Shown here piece by piece: positions 24,085-33,012 of a stretch of 44,340 nt of DNA; the first letter of the stretch is position 1; each line of letters begins with the position of its first letter. Source of the DNA: a phage; NCBI GenBank assembly GCA_030393635.1, contig GCA_030393635.1_4352.1, one strand, 5' to 3'. Under the pieces are notes generated by a model that did not search any database, was not told the origin of the DNA, and saw only the letters and a list, made by a program, of their open reading frames with translations. Both the position numbers and the translations under genes were made by a program.

Positions 24085-25253
24085 GCGTAGGTGATACGCT
24101 GGATGACAATAGACGACTGGTACTGGTTGCCAGTAGCCTGGCCTTCAATGGACTGAGTGATTGACTCAGGTCCGCCAATCTCTGGTGTAACCGCCGTGAG
24201 TTCTGCACGTTTCAAACTGAAAGACATAGCCCCGTTTACCCCCGCCAGAATAGAGTTAATCTCCACCTGTTGCTCGTTGATAAACTTCTGAATCATCGCC
24301 ATGTCGTACAGCTTGCCGGAGATGGAGAAGGTGTTAGCCGCGCGGCTACGCTCCACAAACGCTACGTTAGTGTTGCCGAGTTCGAACTGTGCGGACGCGC
24401 TGTTATCGTTGGTGATGGTCAGGCTGTCGCAACGCAACGGCGTAGACCCATCGAACACAGAAACGTCAACCGAGGAGAACGGCTCATCACCAAACGTAAC
24501 GGAAGAGAAGTCGGAACCAGACGGCGCGGAGGTGAGAATCTCCTGGCTGCGCCCGATGAATGGGAAGCTGCCAGTTACCATCGCATTAACTGCCTGTTCA
24601 ACGGTGAAACCAGAAACTTCCACGCCTTTGGTTAGGGTGTACGCGTCAGTCCCACCACATTGGCCTTTGTACCATGTGAGAATAGAGAACGTCTTACACT
24701 GGCTGCCGGTTTCCAGTTTGTCGCCTGTCTTAGCCTTACTGGTTTTTGTCTCGACGGTCAGGGGGTGTTGGATACCTGCACCAGTAACAACCGTAGCCGT
24801 TACCGCGGTGACGATAAACGGTTTTGCGTTGTCGCCGGTTAAGTCGGTAAACGCAATCAGGTCGCCCACTTCAACGCCGTCGGTAATAAAGCTGCCATCA
24901 GCACGGGTAAACGTCTTACCCGCCGGTGCGACGGTAATAGATAGCCCTGACAGAGAAACACCGGATTGCCACGTAGAGCCTAAAGCACCCGCCAGCCAGT
25001 CGTCCTGGCTTTTCGAGCTAAGCTCAATAGCGTATTCTCCGCTAACCTGCTTGTTGCCGGTGCGGATGGACGTAGTTTCGCGGCTGCCGTCCAGTTCATT
25101 GGAGGTAAGCGTGTCGCGGGTAATGGCAGGAACGCCGCCGGTGTTGCGCAACGGCGACCATACCGGGTTACTTGGTGTTACACCCGGGGTCACTTCCACC
25201 ACATAGAATTGCGCGGTATTCGCGCCCTTAAAAGGAGTTGTTGCCATATTCAC
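24081..25253 (-). CDS. Major tail protein
   Basis: 390-aa ORF upstream of the chaperone genes and downstream of connector-type genes. Confidence 0.55.
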   Translation of the reverse strand: MNMATTPFKGANTAQFYVVEVTPGVTPSNPVWSPLRNTGGVPAITRDTLTSNELDGSRETTSIRTGNKQVSGEYAIELSSKSQDDWLAGALGSTWQSGVSLSGLSITVAPAGKTFTRADGSFITDGVEVGDLIAFTDLTGDNAKPFIVTAVTATVVTGAGIQHPLTVETKTSKAKTGDKLETGSQCKTFSILTWYKGQCGGTDAYTLTKGVEVSGFTVEQAVNAMVTGSFPFIGRSQEILTSAPSGSDFSSVTFGDEPFSSVDVSVFDGSTPLRCDSLTITNDNSASAQFELGNTNVAFVERSRAANTFSISGKLYDMAMIQKFINEQQVEINSILAGVNGAMSFSLKRAELTAVTPEIGGPESITQSIEGQATGNQYQSSIVIQRITYA

Positions 25254-25666
25254 AGCCTCTTGGTGAATGCAATAAAGTTAATTGACAATGGTCGTTTGGC
25301 CCATCCGTTTTCTACAATCAGCGGCCCCAGGCTAACCGATTGAACCTCGGCGCAGATGTCGTTACGCGAAAATGACTTACCTGCTTTAAACGCCGTGTTA
25401 AGTAAGTCTGCCATTTTATTGATCGGCGCGCTACCTTTCACCGATGCGTAGTTAATGTCTACCTGATAAATACCTGCACGTTGCTCGGTGAAGAACAAAT
25501 CGGCCTGCGCGGTATCTGCTAGTAGCATGTAACTCGCAAGGTATGGCGTATCAGTTGACGTCGGCGCGTCGATGTTTTCAAGCGCAACCTTGATGCCGTT
25601 GGTGTTTCCGAAGGCTACCAGCGGCACATCAAATGCTTTGGTTAAGTCCTCAAAGTAGCCCATCAT
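25250..25666 (-). CDS. Tail completion / terminator-like protein
   Basis: 138-aa ORF, position-based. Confidence 0.4.
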   Translation of the reverse strand: MMGYFEDLTKAFDVPLVAFGNTNGIKVALENIDAPTSTDTPYLASYMLLADTAQADLFFTEQRAGIYQVDINYASVKGSAPINKMADLLNTAFKAGKSFSRNDICAEVQSVSLGPLIVENGWAKRPLSINFIAFTKRL

Positions 25667-26058
25667 TTCACCTTATTGGCTTCTTCGTTAATAAGTTGCT
25701 GGAAGCGCGACACGTTAGTCCTGACCATACCTTGTGGGGCCTGTTGCGACCAACCGTACTCAAGAGGTTGAGCGTACGGCAGGTTATTGGTGAGTGTGAA
25801 CTCCTTCCAGTCTGCGGCTTTCAGCACAAAACTTGTAGCGTTTCCGATTGCTATGTTTCCTGATTTATCCGTAGCGTCTGTAGTTCCAGTGGCAGGAGTA
25901 CCGTCAGAGGCCATCCAGTTCATACGCGCTCGGCCGTATTTAACTGGCGTCGCCTTTATAATAGCGGAAAACAGCTTGATAGACACCTGACGCATCACCG
26001 TTTCAGGGTTCTTCTTCGCCTTCTCGACGAACTTAGAGACATCAAGCGCGAAACTCAT
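25663..26058 (-). CDS. Head-tail joining protein
   Basis: 131-aa ORF, position-based. Confidence 0.4.
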   Translation of the reverse strand: MSFALDVSKFVEKAKKNPETVMRQVSIKLFSAIIKATPVKYGRARMNWMASDGTPATGTTDATDKSGNIAIGNATSFVLKAADWKEFTLTNNLPYAQPLEYGWSQQAPQGMVRTNVSRFQQLINEEANKVK

Positions 26059-26414
26059 TTTCTCACCTGAATGAAGTAAGCCACAACGTCATCATTAACC
26101 ATCTTCTTCTCGATGGCTACTACTGACCACTGCTCGCCGCCGAATTTCACCTTGTCTTCCATCTTCGGAACGACGCTGTAATCGGCTTTAACAATCATGT
26201 CACCGGCCTGAATGGTTGTGCCGTTAACTAATCCGGCATTAACCGGAACAGGAACAGCTTTCAACGGCAGCACTTCGTCGGCAGACCAGATGTATTCTCC
26301 GAGAACTTCATCCCACACTTTCGAGCCAGCGCGAACCAGAGATACCGTGCCGCCGAATTTGGTTAGCAGACGTGTACCCACGCCCTGCATACGTTTACTA
26401 AAGGCGGTACTCAT
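26055..26414 (-). CDS. Head-tail adaptor-like protein
   Basis: ORF 26055..26501; ATG at 26414 preceded by GGGGAG. Confidence 0.4.
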   Translation of the reverse strand: MSTAFSKRMQGVGTRLLTKFGGTVSLVRAGSKVWDEVLGEYIWSADEVLPLKAVPVPVNAGLVNGTTIQAGDMIVKADYSVVPKMEDKVKFGGEQWSVVAIEKKMVNDDVVAYFIQVRK

Positions 26415-26541
26415 GTTGGCTCCCCGCAAACCGCTAAAAATATAATTAGAGCTGTTGTTGATACCAGCGCAAACACTGATACCAAAAATTCGTACTTCCA
26501 CAAAAAATCAGAGTTAACCCACATATTAATTATTTTACGCA

Positions 26542-27156
26542 TTACGCAGCCCCCAGTCTCGAGATAACCAGTAACGCAGAAGGCGCTGTACCCCATGCTG
26601 TTACGGTCGCGGCCTGTGGGTATACACCGCCGAAGTTCGTCCCGGCACTGTCGCGCATAATCTGAACGGCAAATGTTTGCCCGGCGGTTGGATTAATCAC
26701 TACACGGGATTCAATCGGGATGGTAGTTTCCGCGCTAACCAGTTTCGTAGCTGCCGGTGAGCCATATTGAGCGCCGTTTACCAGAACGCGTGGCAACAAG
26801 ATAGACGTGCCGCTTGCTCCGGTTCTCCCGGCCTGTAACTTGATACGAACTGCATAATTACCCGCAGTGTTGAAGGTTACCAGACCCGCCGCGTTGATCA
26901 TAACCGGGTCGGAGGCGCTACCTTGCGCGGCACCGAAGGTTAGTTGCAACGCGGTATCGACCGCAGATGGGGCCTGAACGGCAGTAGACGCGGCGCGAAG
27001 CACTTCAACCTCTTTCACGCCGGGGTTGGCATAAATAGGCGAGTCGGCCATTTGGGTTAGCACCCCGCGTAACTTCTCCGGGGTGATTAGCCTGGTTGTG
27101 TTATCCGGTAATTCAGACCCGATTAGTGTAAATATCTCTGTTTTAGTCTTCGCCAT
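26542..27156 (-). CDS. Structural protein of unknown role
   Basis: 204-aa ORF in the structural operon. Confidence 0.4.
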   Translation of the reverse strand: MAKTKTEIFTLIGSELPDNTTRLITPEKLRGVLTQMADSPIYANPGVKEVEVLRAASTAVQAPSAVDTALQLTFGAAQGSASDPVMINAAGLVTFNTAGNYAVRIKLQAGRTGASGTSILLPRVLVNGAQYGSPAATKLVSAETTIPIESRVVINPTAGQTFAVQIMRDSAGTNFGGVYPQAATVTAWGTAPSALLVISRLGAA

Positions 27157-27158
27157 TT

Positions 27159-27671
27159 TTAGCCCCGGTACACGTTAAACGAGAAGCCATTGTTAAGGCC
27201 GCCGCAAAGAAGCGGGCGCAAGGCGTCATCGGCTGCGGTGATTGACGTAGTAGCTCCAGAACTGCCGTTGTTGAAATAGGTGACGGTTACTGCGCCCTCT
27301 ACGCGCTCAGTCTGTACTGAACGCCCGTCTGAGTTGGCGCGCACCTCTGTACCAGCACCGTAGGTTACAGCAGCGATTACCTGAGCAAGAATTACCTGCT
27401 TAGGTATTACATTGTTCGCCACAGGGAAGCCGTTCAGCGTTACCCCGGTTCGCGGGTATGCCAGTGACTGCTCGGCGGACACACGGCGACCGCACATCTG
27501 AGGTTCAGACAGGCCGACGTACGTCGCACCATTTCGCAAGGCTACTTCAGCGTCGGTATCGTCAACAGGTAGCTTAAGACCATAATTAGCCGCTAACGCG
27601 CGGGCGTCAGCCAGGCTAACGTAACTGTCAGCATTCGGGACTATTTCCCCAGTTTCCACGATTAGCGGCAT
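27159..27671 (-). CDS. Head-tail connector-like structural protein
   Basis: 170-aa ORF, position-based. Confidence 0.4.
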   Translation of the reverse strand: MPLIVETGEIVPNADSYVSLADARALAANYGLKLPVDDTDAEVALRNGATYVGLSEPQMCGRRVSAEQSLAYPRTGVTLNGFPVANNVIPKQVILAQVIAAVTYGAGTEVRANSDGRSVQTERVEGAVTVTYFNNGSSGATTSITAADDALRPLLCGGLNNGFSFNVYRG

Positions 27672-27674
27672 AAA

Positions 27675-27854
27675 TTATTCCTCAGACTTACGGCGACGAC
27701 GCTTAGCACCACCGCCGTTGTTGTGCGCTTCTTCGTTGTCCGGTTGAGCCGAAACCAGTTCATCAGCTTCTACAACACCGCGCACCGGCATCACCTGACC
27801 ATCAACCATATCGACGTGGGTGTACTTTTCGCGGATTACATAATTATCTGCCAT
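27675..27854 (-). CDS. Small hypothetical protein (59 aa)
   Basis: ATG at 27854 with GGAAAGG upstream; basic C-terminus; fills the gap between neighbours. Confidence 0.4.
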   Translation of the reverse strand: MADNYVIREKYTHVDMVDGQVMPVRGVVEADELVSAQPDNEEAHNNGGGAKRRRRKSEE

Positions 27855-27890
27855 GACCTTTCCTTATTACGGCCCCGAAGGGCCGTTGTA

Positions 27891-28241
27891 TTAAGACACA
27901 GTTGCTACAGTGCTGCTGGAGATAATATTACCATACACATCGTGAACAACCACTTTATACGTGCCTGAATCTGCGGTAGTAGTGGACGCCTTCGCATAGG
28001 TAGCAGCGTTTGCCTCGGCGATAGCGTTGTTGTTCTTGTACCACTGGTAGGAATATGGCTCCAGACCGCCGGTTACGGCTACGGTAAGAGTCATCGTCTG
28101 CCCCGTAGACTTGGTAGTGGTAGCGGCAAGTGCGGTAGAAAAAGATGCGGGCGAGATGTTTGCCATATCGATTTCAACCTGGCCATCAGCAGGAGAATCA
28201 TCAGAAACACCGGTAATACGACGTTTGATTACATCAACCAT
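27891..28241 (-). CDS. Ig-like domain protein (possible decoration protein)
   Basis: 116-aa ORF; LEPYSYQWYKNN...SGTYKVVV pattern typical of bacterial Ig-like domains. Confidence 0.5.
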   Translation of the reverse strand: MVDVIKRRITGVSDDSPADGQVEIDMANISPASFSTALAATTTKSTGQTMTLTVAVTGGLEPYSYQWYKNNNAIAEANAATYAKASTTTADSGTYKVVVHDVYGNIISSSTVATVS

Positions 28242-28253
28242 TTTTAAGCTCCT

Positions 28254-28553
28254 TTAGCTTACAGTTCCCGCGTTTTTAAGCGCGGTTAACAGGTTCGCTA
28301 CGGTAGTGCGCAGCGCGGTAACATCGGTTCGAAGTTTGTTGTACTCGGTTACAAGGGCATCGAACTCGGTCTTAGTCGGGTCCGCAGCGGACTGCGACCC
28401 GGCGGCAGCGGTAATGGCGGCGGGTGCAGCCACAGTAGCTGACTTTTTAACGCCACCAACTACGCTGGTAGTGGCGGGCGTGACGGGGATATCAAAGTCG
28501 CCGAAGTCGACATTCTGAAGGCTGCGCGGCAAGCCTTTTCCGGTCTTAGCCAT
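28254..28553 (-). CDS. Hypothetical head-associated protein
   Basis: 99-aa ORF directly downstream of the capsid gene. Confidence 0.4.
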   Translation of the reverse strand: MAKTGKGLPRSLQNVDFGDFDIPVTPATTSVVGGVKKSATVAAPAAITAAAGSQSAADPTKTEFDALVTEYNKLRTDVTALRTTVANLLTALKNAGTVS

Positions 28554-28573
28554 AATTTACCTCTTAGTAAATG

Positions 28574-28596
28574 AAAAGAGGGACCGAAGTCCCTCT
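28574..28596 (-). terminator. Hairpin/attenuator after the major capsid gene
   Basis: GAGGGAC-cgaa-GTCCCTC stem followed by a T-run on the minus strand. Confidence 0.5.
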
Positions 28597-28612
28597 CGAT
28601 TATATCTTAACC

Positions 28613-29662
28613 TTAAGCACCGACACCAGTTACCAGGAAGGCAATCGGTACATGCTTACGGTCCACAACGCGGTTCCAGTTGGAGGCGTTAGCCAGGTCC
28701 TGCCAGGAAGCAGAGCGGGCTACAGTCTCGGTGCCGTTGCCAGTAATTACCGCGCTGGTGAAGCTGTAGCCCAGCGGGTGCAGCAACCAGGTCTTACGGG
28801 TCCACAGAGTTTCAACGCCACCGCCGTTACCACGGGACGCTTCGCGTTCGTATTCCAGCGGGTTGGACGGGTTGCCTTCACCATAACCGATAGCACCGTT
28901 GCCGAAGATGATGGAGATGAACTTGCGGCTGCCGCCAGTACCGACTACGGTCATGCTGTCGTCAACAATCACACGGTATCCCTGGTAGGTGGCGAACAAG
29001 GTGTCGTTGTCGGCGTCTTTGATGAAGTCAATAAGCTGCTGCTTACGCGCCTGCGCATAAACGAAGCTGTGCATCGCGATAGCGCCCAGCACCTCACCAC
29101 CGTTACCCATAAGAGCATCGCCCATAGTCTGAGTGGCGTCGATGAACGCACCTGCGTCGAAGCCCAGAGTAGCAGACACGTCGATAACCATGTCGTTCTG
29201 CGTATGGTAAGCATCGGTAGCGGTTACGTTGTCGTTGTACAGACCGAGCGCGGTAGCAATAAGACGGCGTTGTGCCTGACGCTGCCAGAAGTTATCCAGA
29301 CGGGACGCTACGGATTGCAGCGGATTCTGGCCGGTAAGTTCAACGGTGAGGTCTGCCTGACCAAAACCTTCGTTCAGGTATGCAACGCGCGCCATCATTT
29401 CGCCGGTCTGCACGTTACGCGGGGTAGCGATGTCCTGATACACATCGTTCGAGTAGTTCGGCTCGATAGAAGTATCAATCGCTTTCCAGAAAGGGATGTT
29501 GGCGATGTTGGACGGACCGCGAGCAATCTCTGCGGCGTACGGAGTCGGAGTCAGAATACCGGACTGGAAGAACGCGGTTTTTTCTACCGGGTCCTCGGTC
29601 ATATAAGACGCCAGGACCGGGATGTTGCCAGTTACGATATCGCCGATAGTGGTAATTGCCAT
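28613..29662 (-). CDS. Major capsid protein
   Basis: 349-aa ORF downstream of a coiled-coil scaffold gene. Confidence 0.75.
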   Translation of the reverse strand: MAITTIGDIVTGNIPVLASYMTEDPVEKTAFFQSGILTPTPYAAEIARGPSNIANIPFWKAIDTSIEPNYSNDVYQDIATPRNVQTGEMMARVAYLNEGFGQADLTVELTGQNPLQSVASRLDNFWQRQAQRRLIATALGLYNDNVTATDAYHTQNDMVIDVSATLGFDAGAFIDATQTMGDALMGNGGEVLGAIAMHSFVYAQARKQQLIDFIKDADNDTLFATYQGYRVIVDDSMTVVGTGGSRKFISIIFGNGAIGYGEGNPSNPLEYEREASRGNGGGVETLWTRKTWLLHPLGYSFTSAVITGNGTETVARSASWQDLANASNWNRVVDRKHVPIAFLVTGVGA

Positions 29663-29664
29663 TA

Positions 29665-30366
29665 TTATTTCCTCAGGGCTTTAAGTTGCCGTTCAAATTC
29701 GGCAGGGTTCGATTTATACAGAGCTAAACGCTCCGCTTCACTCATGTCTTTAAACGCTGGTGCGGCCCCGCCGCCTTTGCCACCGGAAGCCCCGCCGCCG
29801 GAAGCTGCATTTGCTTTAATCAAATGCGAAAACGCTTTGTGTTCGCGCAGGTATTTGCGAAACTGTTCCGGGTCAGTCGTGATTACGTTGCCATCTGCAC
29901 CGACAAACTTAGTAACCACGTCATCACCTTCGAACTCAGTCTTAACGAACGGAGCAAGAATGTCTACTGCTTCCGGGGTAATAAAGTCACCCGCGAAAGA
30001 GCCTAACACTGCTTTACGTTCGCTGCCGAGGATGCGCTCTGCCATTTTGGAGATGCGACCATCTTTCTCGGCTAACACCGGGTCATACTGGCTACGAATC
30101 GTCTTTTCGAACTCGTCCATCTTACCAGCGGCTTTTAACGCCTCCTGGTGTGCGCGCTGCCGTTCTTCTTCGGCCTCTTTTGCTTTGCGAGCGGCTTCTT
30201 TCTTCTCCGCCAGCAATGCTTCCTGATTGGCCTTAAGACCAGCGACTTCTTTCTCAATCAGCGCCTGAACTTCTTCAGCGGTGAACATTTTTGGCGCGTC
30301 ACCGCCACCAGCTTTATCTTCTGCTCCAGCTTCTTCCTGGAACGGATAACGTAAAAAACGATTCAT
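29665..30366 (-). CDS. Head scaffolding protein
   Basis: ORF 29665..30420 with ATG at 30366; K/E/A-rich coiled-coil, directly upstream of the capsid gene. Confidence 0.6.
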   Translation of the reverse strand: MNRFLRYPFQEEAGAEDKAGGGDAPKMFTAEEVQALIEKEVAGLKANQEALLAEKKEAARKAKEAEEERQRAHQEALKAAGKMDEFEKTIRSQYDPVLAEKDGRISKMAERILGSERKAVLGSFAGDFITPEAVDILAPFVKTEFEGDDVVTKFVGADGNVITTDPEQFRKYLREHKAFSHLIKANAASGGGASGGKGGGAAPAFKDMSEAERLALYKSNPAEFERQLKALRK

Positions 30367-30448
30367 AGTCAGTATGTCCCCTGGACGTTGGAACCCGGGC
30401 CACCCGGATTTACATGTCAAGAATAAATTATTCCAACATGCAAGGCAA

Positions 30449-30712
30449 CTATTCCAGAATATTCCTCACGTAATCCTGCAACATGAACACTTTCAGCCTC
30501 AGCTGCCGTACGCATTCGGCGTTCTTAACATCGATAGCTAAATCTTCGTCAGCGTCGCTACTTGGCAGCGCCAGTTTGCACGGCGGCTGCATCATCGTCG
30601 TATCCGGGGATGGAATTGGCGTTGGCGACGGCGCGGGACTTGAGCAGGACGCGAGCATCGTCGAAAGTGCACACGCTGCGGCCAGGCGTTTTAATGTACT
30701 TAACGACTTCAC
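30449..30712 (-). CDS. Outer-membrane spanin (Rz1-like lipoprotein)
   Basis: Signal peptide with lipobox LASC and Pro-rich SSPAPSPTPIPSPD; starts inside the i-spanin gene in another frame and extends past its end. Confidence 0.55.
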   Translation of the reverse strand: MKSLSTLKRLAAACALSTMLASCSSPAPSPTPIPSPDTTMMQPPCKLALPSSDADEDLAIDVKNAECVRQLRLKVFMLQDYVRNILE

Positions 30713-30944
30713 GGGTAATCACCTCTGATTTCGTCTTGCCTTCGTTATCAGCGGCGGCGGCCTTTGATTCGTCCTGCTGCTGCCGTTGTGTTTTCTTCGC
30801 TAACTCAACCTGTGCTTTCTGCTGTTGCTGCGAAACGAGATTCGCCCGGCCTTCGGTCCAGCCGATGCGGTATTGATAGTATCCGTGTGCGTATAACAGG
30901 ATGATGAAACATGCTCCCGCTACGACAGTTGCTTTAAGATTCAT
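30558..30944 (-). CDS. Inner-membrane spanin (Rz-like)
   Basis: 128-aa ORF; N-terminal TM helix, Q/K/E-rich coiled-coil, C-terminal periplasmic domain. Confidence 0.6.
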   Translation of the reverse strand: MNLKATVVAGACFIILLYAHGYYQYRIGWTEGRANLVSQQQQKAQVELAKKTQRQQQDESKAAAADNEGKTKSEVITREVVKYIKTPGRSVCTFDDARVLLKSRAVANANSIPGYDDDAAAVQTGAAK

Positions 30945-31194
30945 GTTTCTCCTTTCTCGATAAGTAAAGCCCCGCCATAAAGCGGGGCGCTAGTCCTTAT
31001 CATTTAAACATAGAAACGGCGTAATCTCAGTAAACCAGTTACTTTTTACACAAGCAATAGAGTACGGCCCTTCCGAACGCGTCAGCGTAACTACACTCAG
31101 GACTTACGTCCAGCTCCGTTACCTGCCCGCGCCGCGGTCGCTTGTTCATACTTCACAAGCTCAGGTGGAGCTTAGCACATTTTTAGTGAAAAGT

Positions 31195-31210
31195 CAACTA
31201 TTCGAATAGT
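31195..31210. promoter_or_regulatory. Perfect 16-bp palindrome AACTATTCGAATAGTT
   Basis: Read directly; contains the CTATT/AATAG half-sites in everted order, about 55 bp upstream of the -35 of the promoter at 31264. Confidence 0.5.
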
Positions 31211-31297
31211 TTATTCCAACATTTACAATTGAGTGGAATAACCGGAATAGGTGAATAAATAGTTTGCGCACCCCAACATAATAGGGTACTATTCACT
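31209..31297 (+). repeat. Copy A of an ~89-bp direct repeat carrying a promoter/operator
   Basis: Near-identical to 31599..31687; TTATTCCA...TGGAATAA inverted repeat, TTGCGC-17-TACTAT promoter, palindrome AATAG-GGTA-CTATT (31280-31293). Confidence 0.7.
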
Positions 31298-31321
31298 CAC
31301 ACCAACAAGAGGCGAGAAGAA

Positions 31322-31573
31322 ATGATTACGAAACCAGCAAAACATCGTGTACGGGACCTTGGTTCTTTTCTTAAAAAAGAGTATGAACAGGCCGAATTAC
31401 GCGGCGACATTTCGGCGTATATTGAGCTTCAGCAGATGCAACTGGACGCGCAAGAAGACGGGGATATGTCTCTATCCGCCGCGGTCGGCAGAAGTATGCG
31501 CCAGATTCGTGAAAAGTATGACCGAAACGTCTGGAATAGAGAGATTAACTTAACCCAAGAGACAGGGTATTAA
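31322..31573 (+). CDS. Hypothetical protein (83 aa)
   Basis: ORF with GAGGCGAGAAG RBS, flanked by its own promoter copy and terminator. Confidence 0.55.
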   Translation: MITKPAKHRVRDLGSFLKKEYEQAELRGDISAYIELQQMQLDAQEDGDMSLSAAVGRSMRQIREKYDRNVWNREINLTQETGY

Positions 31574-31604
31574 AACTGAGGCCCCTTTCGGGGCCTCAGT
31601 TTAT
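31574..31604 (+). terminator. Intrinsic terminator
   Basis: CTGAGGCCCC-tttc-GGGGCCTCAG stem followed by TTTATT. Confidence 0.7.
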
Positions 31605-31687
31605 TCCAACATTTACAATTCGGTGGAATAACTGGAATACTTAAATAAATAGTTTGCAAACACCAATATAATAGGGCACTATTCACT
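31599..31687 (+). repeat. Copy B of the ~89-bp direct repeat carrying a promoter/operator
   Basis: TTGCAA-17-CACTAT promoter with palindrome AATAG-GGCA-CTATT (31670-31683), upstream of the PAPS-reductase-like gene. Confidence 0.7.
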
Positions 31688-31709
31688 TAACTTGAACAGG
31701 AGGCATTAT

Positions 31710-32522
31710 ATGAAACATGTAATCAGTTTTTCAGGCGGCAGAACATCAGCGTACACAACCCTTGAAGTGCTTAAACTCTACCCCGATGCTGAGGTCATCT
31801 ATATGGATACTGGGGCGGAGCACCCCAAGACATACGAGTTCATCCGCAATTTTGCTAAGCACTTTAATATTGCGGTGACGTGCCTGCGGGTGGTCCCTAA
31901 CCCAGAAATGCGTAAGGCCAGTACCTATGAAGTCCTTAGTGTAGATGAAATAGGTCCTGACCTGGAGCCGTGGCGCAGAATGCTGCGTAAGTATGGGCAC
32001 CCATACGTCGGCGGCGCTTTCTGCACAGACCGGATGAAGACGGTGCCGTTCACCAAATACTGCGACGAGAAATACGGCAAAGGAAAATACGACAGATGGC
32101 TGGGGGTCCGCTGTGACGAACCTAAGCGCCTGGTAAACAGGAAAGATGGGTTCCACTATCTTGCAGACATAAGTGATTTTGAGAAACAGGACATAATCGA
32201 GTGGTGGGCGAAACAGGAATTTGACCTTGGTATAGAAGAACACTTAGGTAACTGTGTTTTTTGTATCAAAAAGAGCCTGCAAAAAGTAGCACTGGCGGCT
32301 AAGGATGAACCTCAGTTAGCCGAACAATTTTGGGGAATGATTCAGGAAGAAGACATAAAGCGGGATAAGGTTATGTATAGGTCGAACAGAACCCTCGGCG
32401 AGGTCATCGCACTGTTTCGGGATGAGCGCCGTGAGGAGCTTGCATCTCGTATACGCTCAATGCGGCAGTACGACACGGGGTCATGCAGTGAAAGCTGTGA
32501 AGCGTTTTCCGTTTCTGAATAA
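31710..32522 (+). CDS. PAPS reductase-like (PP-loop ATP-pyrophosphatase family) protein
   Basis: ORF 31692..32522 with ATG at 31710 after AGGAGG; N-terminal SFSGGRTS PP-loop motif; C-terminal cysteines CVFC and CSESC. Confidence 0.65.
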   Translation: MKHVISFSGGRTSAYTTLEVLKLYPDAEVIYMDTGAEHPKTYEFIRNFAKHFNIAVTCLRVVPNPEMRKASTYEVLSVDEIGPDLEPWRRMLRKYGHPYVGGAFCTDRMKTVPFTKYCDEKYGKGKYDRWLGVRCDEPKRLVNRKDGFHYLADISDFEKQDIIEWWAKQEFDLGIEEHLGNCVFCIKKSLQKVALAAKDEPQLAEQFWGMIQEEDIKRDKVMYRSNRTLGEVIALFRDERREELASRIRSMRQYDTGSCSESCEAFSVSE

Positions 32523-32523
32523 A

Positions 32524-32550
32524 ACTAAGGCCCCGTAATGGGGCCTTTTA
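32524..32550. terminator. Bidirectional intrinsic terminator
   Basis: AGGCCCC-gtaat-GGGGCCT stem with T-run. Confidence 0.7.
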
Positions 32551-33012
32551 TCATTCTGGCTTAGCGACCTTCGCCGCTTTGCTGACAGCCTCTACACCAT
32601 CAGCATCAGTAACTTTGACGAAGTATTCGCCTGCCGCGTTAACCGTCAGAGACAAAGCCTCTTCTGGGGCGTTGACCACTTCCTTCCCGTCTTTGTACCA
32701 TGTCAGCGCATATGGTGCTTTACCCGCTTTAACTTCTACGGTGATAGTTGCGCTGCCGCCCGCCAGTTCCTGGTCCTGCGGTTGCACAGAGAAATACACA
32801 TCGCCCGCGTCCGCCAGATACGGAATCTCATAAAGCATGCTCGCCGCAGGTAGTGCAATACCGGTTTTATCTGCAAACGGCATATCGTCTACCGGGGTAC
32901 CTAGTACACTTTCGTCTTCGATGAATACCACGTTCTCACCAGAACCGGACACTCGGGCGTACTGGACTACGCGACGCGATGGTACATCAGTTACTTTGAA
33001 AAAGCCCATCAT
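32551..33012 (-). CDS. Ig-like domain protein
   Basis: 153-aa ORF; APYALTWYKDGKEV...GEYFVKVTDADG Ig-like pattern similar to 27891..28241. Confidence 0.5.
   Translation of the reverse strand: MMGFFKVTDVPSRRVVQYARVSGSGENVVFIEDESVLGTPVDDMPFADKTGIALPAASMLYEIPYLADAGDVYFSVQPQDQELAGGSATITVEVKAGKAPYALTWYKDGKEVVNAPEEALSLTVNAAGEYFVKVTDADGVEAVSKAAKVAKPE

Noticed and set aside
24301-25206. 301-aa plus-strand ORF
   Set aside because: Antisense to the major tail gene; S/P/T-rich translation with no RBS or motifs.
28571-30226. 551-aa plus-strand ORF
   Set aside because: Antisense to the major capsid and scaffold genes; translation is low-complexity with no motifs; typical shadow ORF.
31209-31687. Possible CRISPR-like repeat array
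   Set aside because: Only two copies of an ~89-bp unit separated by a protein-coding gene; the units carry promoter elements, so they are duplicated regulatory cassettes.
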